NCBI GenBank assembly: GCA_964016885.1
Contig: OZ024740.1
Coordinates: forward strand, 45,074,001-45,138,000
Source: Eledone cirrhosa
Lineage: Eukaryota
Direction: 5' to 3'
DNA: 64,000 bases
Part shown: positions 56,750-64,000 of the stretch, in pieces
How the letters are laid out: every line of letters begins with the position of its first letter
Position numbering within the stretch: the stretch's first letter is position 1
Notes under the pieces: generated by a model
The model's database searches: none
Told to the model about the DNA's origin: nothing
The model's input: only the letters and a program-made list of their open reading frames with translations
Program-made: the position numbers and the translations under genes

Positions 56750-57440
56750 AAGACAAAGGTACCCAGTCACACTGTAAAATGGTTATGTAGGTGTCACAAC
56801 AAAAAGTGCCCAGTCCACACTGTAAAGTAGTTGTGTAGATGTCACGACAAAAAGTGCCCAGTCCTCACTATAATGTGGTTGTCTAGGTGACATGACAAAA
56901 AGCACCCAGCACACACTGAATGTGGTTGACATTAGGAAGGACATCAAGCCATAAAAAACAGCCAGAAACTCTCCTATATGAGCGAGACATGGTCACAAGT
57001 CCCAACTTGCCTCTAAATGGTACAAACCCATCTAACCCATGTTAGCGTGGAAGATAGAGATTAATTGATGATGATGATGATGATGAAGATGAATAGATGA
57101 GCTGAGGAAAAAGCTTGGTCTAAGAGGAATCCAATGTAGTGTGCAGGACAGATGACTGCACTAGTATGGACATGTAATGCATATAAATGATGATCATTGA
57201 GTGAAGAAGTGCCAAGAAATCCTAGTGGAAGGAAGCTGCAGAAGACAGAGACCATGGAAGACCTAGTATGAGGTTGTGAGAGATTATCTCTGCTTAAGCT
57301 CACAGAAGAGATGACAAATAATTGTAATGAGTGGAGGGATGCAGTGCTGGAAAAGACACTTCCAACCCATGCAATCATATAAAAGTGAATATAAAATGAT
57401 GATGTGGAAAAATGGATGTTAAACGGTGATGATGATGATA
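56750..57440 (+). mobile_element. SINE with internal ~44-bp tandem repeats, followed by an RTE 3' fragment
   Basis: aaaagtgcccagtccacactgtaaagt repeats, ttaggaagg, taacccatg...gatgatgat tail. Confidence 0.7.
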
Positions 57441-57501
57441 TTTTTTCCCAAATCAGAAAATTGAAGTAATTACAAAAACTAAAAACCAATCAAATGCTTA
57501 C

Positions 57502-57768
57502 CTTCAATGAGTTTAGATGTGGTTGTAGAGATTGTTCCAGCCACACAAGTATAATCTCCTTGGTCTTCTACAGTAACATTATTGATGATAAGTGTATGTA
57601 CTTTTTTATCCACTTTTAATTCCATTCGATCATCAAGTTTTAATTCTTCATTATCTTTCAGCCAAGTTACCTTTATATTTTCCTTGGACATTTCACAAGT
57701 AAATATTGCAGTGTTGCTCTCAGTAACTCTCACTTCACATAATTGTTTAGTAAATCGAAGAGTATCAT
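57502..57768 (-). CDS. Ig I-set exon (267 bp)
   Basis: ttttcAG|ATGATACT...GAAG|GTAAGC; DTLRFTKQLCEVRVTESNTAIFTCE...EDQGDYTC. Confidence 0.93.
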
Positions 57769-58119
57769 CTGAAAATTAAAAAAAAAACGAAATATTTTAA
57801 AACATGTATAATGATTTTCTAAATATATTCCCCAAAAGTTAAATTTTTAGATTTTTATTTGTTTTGTTTATATATATTTGTAGAAGATTACACAGTTTTG
57901 ATTCTAAACAGTATATACAAATTGGACTTCAAAATGTTCAAATGTTGTCTATTAAATTATTTCAACCGTTCATAGTGTATAAAAGAGTAAAAAAACCCAC
58001 CCACCTTCAGTCATAAAAGGCCACGAGTTTTGTACCAAGAAATTTCCCCTCTGAGACACAAGTTTTTAGACCAGCAATTGCTCAAGCATGCCAGTCTCTC
58101 CTCCACCAATGTTTTCTAA

Positions 58120-58310
58120 GGTAAAGGCAAATGCTGATGCAGCTTGACACCAGTAATGTTATAACTCATTTTTCAAACTGAGTAAACTGGAGCAACATAA
58201 CATAATATCTCTTGCTCAAGAACACAATGTACCACCCAATCCGAGAATCAAATTCACAACCTCAGGATTGTGAATCCAATGCTCTAACCACTAAATCATG
58301 CACATTCACT
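58120..58310 (-). mobile_element. CORE-type SINE (second copy at 63825-63967)
   Basis: ctgagtaaactggagcaa...cttgctcaag.acaca...gagaat..aa.tcacaa...ccaatgctctaaccactaa shared between copies. Confidence 0.7.
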
Positions 58311-59045
58311 CATATTGTATATACCTTTATTGTTTTTTTTATTATTATTATCATTATTATTATTAATTGCTTTTGTAACAGTAATGGAGAAAGGGATTGT
58401 AATTGATAGAGTCCAAAGGAATTCAAATTGTAAGAGAAAAGAAATTTTTAAATGTTTGATGCATCAAAACAATACAATTTTGATTTCATTTGAGTTCATA
58501 TGAAAATAATCAGCAGTTATGTTGTAGAGGGAATTTGTTAAAATTGATATTCTTTATGCTCTAAAACAAAGTTCTAGTCAAAAATCATTCCAGAGTATTA
58601 TGTGAAATCATTAAATCACCACTCTTATGTCATTTATCAGGCAGTCAATTTGTCAGTCATTAGATGTTGGTTCCAGCTCTCTGTCCCCTTAGTTCCAATT
58701 TCACTGAAATCCACTTTGTCTTACATCATTTTGGAAAACAAGTACCATCCCAGTGCTGATGCAACCCTCACTCCTTCCAGTTGGGACATCCTAGGTGTTC
58801 TATTGGATCAAAGAAGTGTCAGTTGAGAGGATGTGTTCACAACTGCATGGGCACTTAAAACCCTTAGTGAAAATATGGTACATACTACCAAATCATGCTC
58901 AATTGTGAAGGATGGCTGTATTAAAGTTCATCAATAACATTCCAAAGTAATGTAAACAAAATAGATATCAGAAATCATAACCCATGGTGATGATGATGTC
59001 CAATTCTTATCAATTTTAAAATTACATCTTAAAATAATTCATAAT

Positions 59046-59625
59046 GAATTGAGAGAGAGACTGAGCATAAGAGGAATCAAATGCTGTGTGCAGGAGAGGC
59101 GGTTGCGCTGGTATGGACATGTGATGCGTATGAAGGATGACAGCTGCATAAAAAGGTGCAGAGCACTAGAAGTCGATGGAAACCGCGGAGTGGGGAGACC
59201 CAAGATGACCTGGGATGAGGTGATAAAAGCCGACCTTACCCAATTACACCTCTCAAAGGCAATGACACACAACCGTGACCTCTGGCGTCACGCAGTAATA
59301 CAGAGTACCCGACCTCCCATGGGTACAAGCTGAACATATAGACAATATGCCCCCACCGCAAGGTGGTCGTGGAGGTGCCACGGCAAAAAAGCACCCAGCC
59401 CACACTGTAAAGTGGACGTGTAGGCGCCACGAAAAAGCACCCAGCACTCACTGTAAATGAGGTTGGTGTTAGGAAGGGCATCCAGCTGTAGAAATCAAGC
59501 CAAATCAGTTCCTGTATGAGCAAGGCATGGTCAGCCGACCAGACACTGCCCACAACAGGACAACCCGTCTAACCCATGCTAGCGTGGAAAAACGGACGTA
59601 AAACGGTGATGATGGTGATGATGAT
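59046..59625 (+). mobile_element. RTE LINE 3' end plus SINE-type tail
   Basis: VQERRLRWYGHVMRM...GRPKMTWDEV; tail acccatgctagcgtggaaaaacggacgtaaaacggtgatgat; related copies on the minus strand at 62015-62230 and 63628-63800. Confidence 0.82.
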
Positions 59626-59894
59626 ATTTTAGTAAATATTTGTTTTACAAATACTATCATAGGAATATATTATTGGAGTAATCTCTCTTTCAAATTGTGA
59701 AGTCTTCCTTTTGTTTTTTAATTAACAGTCTTTTTTTTCCAGAAAATAAATTAGTACATTTGTGGAAATAAGATATTACCTCTGAGAAATAAACTAATCT
59801 AACAATATTTGTAAATTTTATTAGATACATCTGCTTTTTAATACTAAAATATGTAATTAAACTGTTCAAATTTGTTCATTAAAGTAATATATAC

Positions 59895-60158
59895 CTTCTA
59901 TAATGAGACTGGCTTCTGTGTATAATTCTCCAACAAAACATCTATATTCAGCTGCATCTTCTACTGTCACATTTTCTATTCTAAGTTTATGTATTTTTCC
60001 TTCATTAATGATTTCTGTTCTTCCATCTCTTATCATGTTTATGCCATCCTTTGTCCATTCAACTTCAACATCTTCAGCTGATTCACAAACCAATTCTGTT
60101 GTTTCATCTTTAAAAGCTCTCACATCCTTTAATTTCTTTAAGAATGCTATTTTCTTCT
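59895..60158 (-). CDS. Ig I-set exon (264 bp)
   Basis: tttacAG|AGAAGAAA...GAAG|GTATAT; KKIAFLKKLKDVRAFKDETTELVCE...W...EDAAEYRC. Confidence 0.92.
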
Positions 60159-60199
60159 CTGTAAATTGTAATTAATATAACATTTAAGAATTAACACTG

Positions 60200-60810
60200 T
60201 AAATGGAACCTGTGGGAGAGAGAAAAACCTAAGAAGACATGGGGTGAAGTGGGAAAGATTAATCTCAAGAAGCATTGCTTCATGAAATGCATGACAAAGA
60301 AACGAGATGATTGATGACATGTGGAGCTGGAGAATATCCACTCATCAATGTAAGCAAAGCAAAACCATTCTTAAAATAATGTTCATGGTTCTCTGACTCA
60401 GTATACTCCTATTAAATCCCCATCTCCATTTACTACCCGATTTATTACCCTCTCACCTATTATACATTGTATCAATTCACTGTGTAAAGAAGGATGGCAT
60501 TTGATCTGCTTGTATTCCATCCTTCTGCCATCAACCATTATCGTTATTTTCATATCAGTATAATTTTACTGCTGGGTAACTTGCACCTTCATCTTTGATA
60601 TTTAGAGCTTTGAACTTTAGGCTAAACTTTCAGGTCTTAAACTTTTTCTGTAACTCTTTAAGAGATTTTCCTGTGAGTAATAACAGGTCACTAGCATATA
60701 AAAATTTCCCAAAACAATAAATATTCATTTCTTGAGATATGAATTTAAGAATTATATTGAATTATAGAGTGGTATGTTGAGCGCCCTTGTGAACATGAAC
60801 AACCATCTAT
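60200..60810 (-). mobile_element. Old RTE-like RT remnant
   Basis: Minus strand VHKG...WEILYASDL (YADD-like); heavily decayed. Confidence 0.45.
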
Positions 60811-61229
60811 ATTTTAAATAGTTAATAATTTATTAAATCATGTTTTACCATTTGCTGCCAAATTATCATATTTATCTAACTTATGTTTTTGAAATTAAAG
60901 GAAACTAAAATATCAATCAAGTCAATTATTTCAAATTAAATGACAATAAAACAACAAACGTTTTAGGGCTATTTTCTGTTTCATACCCATCATGGCCTCT
61001 TTTTTAAGGCAATGTTTATGAAAGGACGCCCTTCATAGTGTCAACCATTTTTATCACCTCTTGCTACATACTCACAGTGTATCTATATTAAGTCAGATAC
61101 ACACCCAACCATTTTAGTCACCTCTTACGACATACAGTGATACAGTGTATCTATTCTAAGCTAGATACACACAGCAGCAATTAAATTATAATAATGAGAC
61201 TATTAATATGCTATAGCTACTTATTTTAC

Positions 61230-61247
61230 CTCCAACAATACGTTTTT
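61230..61247 (-). CDS. Candidate 18-bp linker micro-exon (EKRIVG)
   Basis: atttctgctgcAG|AAAAACGTATTGTTGGAG|GTAAAA; frame-preserving, phase 1-1, no stop; donor only moderate. Confidence 0.5.
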
Positions 61248-61646
61248 CTGCAGCAGAAATATTAAAATTTACATAATTGTTCTGACTTTTGATTTATGAA
61301 TTTTCTTTACATCAAAATTTTCAACCTTCAAATTTTGCCCTGTTCTTCTTTCAGAATTAAAAATTTCAAATTTTTAAAGAGAACTAAATAAAATAACTAG
61401 AGTAAAAAAACATTTATAGTTGAATGACACTTTGATTTTCCTAAATCATCTGTCTGTTGATAACAAGAATTCATTTAATTGGTATAATATAAGCAATTAT
61501 ATTTCAATTTACCATAATAAATACCATATTAGCAATAACTTAAACAGCAATTTTTATCTTATATGGAGTGTAAAATATTTCTAAAAATTCAAACAATTAT
61601 TTTTTCTTTAGTTCAATATGTTTAGAAAGAAAGAAAAACATCATAC

Positions 61647-61913
61647 CATTTACTACTAATTTTGCTGTTGTTGATATACCATCTACAACACAAGTGTATT
61701 CTCCTGTATCTTCTACATTAACATTGTTTATAATAAGTTTGTGAAGTCTTCTATCACATGAGGTTTCAATCCTGTCAGTGTCCTCTACTTTCTCACCATT
61801 TTTCAGCCATGCAACTAAAACATCATCTTGAACAGTGACACATGTAAGAATAGCTGTTTGTCTTTCATCGATTGTGAGGCATTTCAACTTTTGTGAAAAA
61901 CCAGCTGTCATTT
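61647..61913 (-). CDS. Ig I-set exon (267 bp), paralog of 62560-62826
   Basis: ttacAG|AAATGACA...AATG|GTATGA; MTAGFSQKLKCLTIDERQTAILTC...EDTGEYTC. Confidence 0.92.
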
Positions 61914-62559
61914 CTGTAATATAAATAATAAAATTTATACTTAAATACTGCTCTTAGGTACAAAAAATATCTAAGTATCAGTTTGAAAGCTACTAACCAG
62001 AAAAATATTTCATCACCCTCATCATTATTTTATGTCTATTTTTCATGCTTGCATGGGTTAGACAGGTTGTCACACTCTGAGATTGCACAGGCAAGACAAA
62101 CGATTGTGTCTTGCTCATACATTCTATTGTGGCATGGTTTCTACGGCTTGATGAACTCCCTAACACCAGCATTAACACTTTACAGTATGGATTGGATGTA
62201 TTTTATCGTGGCACCAGCACGACCACTTTAGAGTGAAGAATGTACTCAGAAAATGCTTATAGTAGAGTAGTTAATAATTATTAAATATTGTTTGATTATA
62301 ATCAAACAATATTTGAGTCTGATGCTTATTTCCTTAATGTCATATGATTTCATTTTAGAGGTAAGATGCTGATGATACTGAGTAGAATAATTACAGTTGG
62401 TCAAGTAAATACTACCCAAACATGCTGCTAAAGAGCAAATAAGCAGCTACCAAATAATATATCAAAATTCATAATTTTATTTGATATTTGGGGCATCTTA
62501 TAATATTATTAATACTTTTTACTTAAAGATTATTTGGAATAAATAAATCTTTCACATAC

Positions 62560-62826
62560 CATTTACTGATAATTTAGCTTTAGTTGTAACATCATCTGCA
62601 ACGCAAGAATATTCTGCAGTATCGTCTACATTAACACGTTTTATGATAAGTTTGTGAAGTCTTCTATCACTTGTTGTTTCAATTTTGTCAGTGTCCTTCA
62701 AAATTTCACCATTTTTCAGCCAAGAAACCAAAACATTATCTTGAACGGTAACACATGTAAAAATGGCCATTTGTTTCTCATCAATTGTTAAGTTTGTCAA
62801 CTTTTGGGAAAAGCCTGTGGTTATTT
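62560..62826 (-). CDS. Ig I-set exon (267 bp)
   Basis: tttcAG|AAATAACC...AATG|GTATGT; ITTGFSQKLTNLTIDEKQMAIFTC...W...DDTAEYSC...AKLSVN. Confidence 0.92.
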
Positions 62827-64000
62827 CTGAAATATTCACATGGTTTATAGTTAAATATTTTATTCAATACATAAATGTATGCATATGAAACAAAATTGAA
62901 GAATACTGAATAGATTAATATCCAAAAAAACAATATATTCTAAAATGGATTCCCCTTCCCCTATGAAAATATGAATAACAATGACTTATATGACTTATCA
63001 GTCATCAACATCTGTTTAAATACAATAATTACAAGCATTAATTTTTTTTATTACTATCATTATGGTTTACCTTTTCCTATTGGTATAAATATAAAAGTGT
63101 CCCTAACTTATGAGGCCTAACTTTCCATGATCTGTTGTAAAAATATCATCCATCTTCTTTTGAATGCCAATGTTAGATCATGTTCACCTATACCTTTCTT
63201 TCAATGTTATGTCTACATATGATACTGAGAATGGTCATTTCTAAGCTACCACTGATGACTACAGCTACTAATACATTAAGTTCGATGATGCTTTTTACAT
63301 ATAAGACATTTTTCATAAAGTGATCCTGAAATAAGAAATAGAATAACTGTATACAAAGATTATGTCATTTAGATGAACCAAGAGATTTCAAAAACAAAGT
63401 GAATGTTAATAAGTACTGACTGGCATTGGCTTGGACTGTAAATATCTCACTGAAAATATCACAAACCTTTATCCAAATGTATTCTCACTACACTATCACT
63501 AAAAGAATTAACAGACCTACAGACTGTATGAACATTAAATGTTTATGTTTGTTCTTATGAAGTAAAGTTATCTATAGTTTGCTCAGTAATTATTTAATAG
63601 ACATTTAATAAAATATTATTCCACACCTCCTCATCCTCCTCATCATTTTACGTCTGCTTTTCCCTGCTTGCAAGGGTGGGACGGGAACTGATTCTGGCTT
63701 GATTTCTACAGCTGGATGCCCTTCCTAACACCAACCTCATTTACAGTGAGTGCTGGGTGCTTTTTTTGCTGTGGCACCTCCACGACCACTTTGCAGTGGA
63801 ATGATAGGGACTCCAGTCCCTATCATCTCATTTCTACAGCTGAGTAAACTGGAGCAATGTGAAATAAAGTGTCTTGCTCAAGGAAACAACACATCACCCA
63901 GTCTGAGAATTGAACTCACAATCTTTCGATAGCAAGGCCAATGCTCTAACCACTAAGCCATGTGCCAGAACAAATTTAAGTTGTTCTATTTATCTCAGCA

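Noticed and set aside
59778-59783. ctcAG-AG-GTAAT motif
   Set aside because: It would be a 2-nt frameshifting exon, and such motifs are common by chance in AT-rich DNA.
62416-63076. Candidate 12-nt (62416-62427) and 6-nt (63071-63076) micro-exons
   Set aside because: Weak donors and too short to support without RNA data.

Overview
This is AT-rich animal genomic DNA; the SINE types and huge (AT)n arrays suggest a cephalopod such as octopus (inference only). The backbone is an internal part of one minus-strand gene for a giant tandem I-set immunoglobulin protein (titin/obscurin/twitchin-like). I can place ten one-domain exons of 255-273 bp and 2-3 linker micro-exons (18-30 bp), all phase 1-1 with GT-AG sites, and no start or stop codon. 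The introns carry two decayed Penelope-like elements (RT plus GIY-YIG), a CRE-like RLE retrotransposon, Tx1/L1-like elements stacked in a (GATA)n tract, RTE fragments, SINEs and a non-autonomous Helitron. The most striking hidden signal is about 12 minimal type-I hammerhead ribozyme motifs of unrelated sequence, found by eye and mostly next to (AT)n tracts. Two of them form a tandem pair 423 nt apart in a non-coding repeat that looks like a retrozyme able to make circRNA. Fold-back inverted duplications are also frequent. All structure calls are manual and have not been checked computationally or experimentally.
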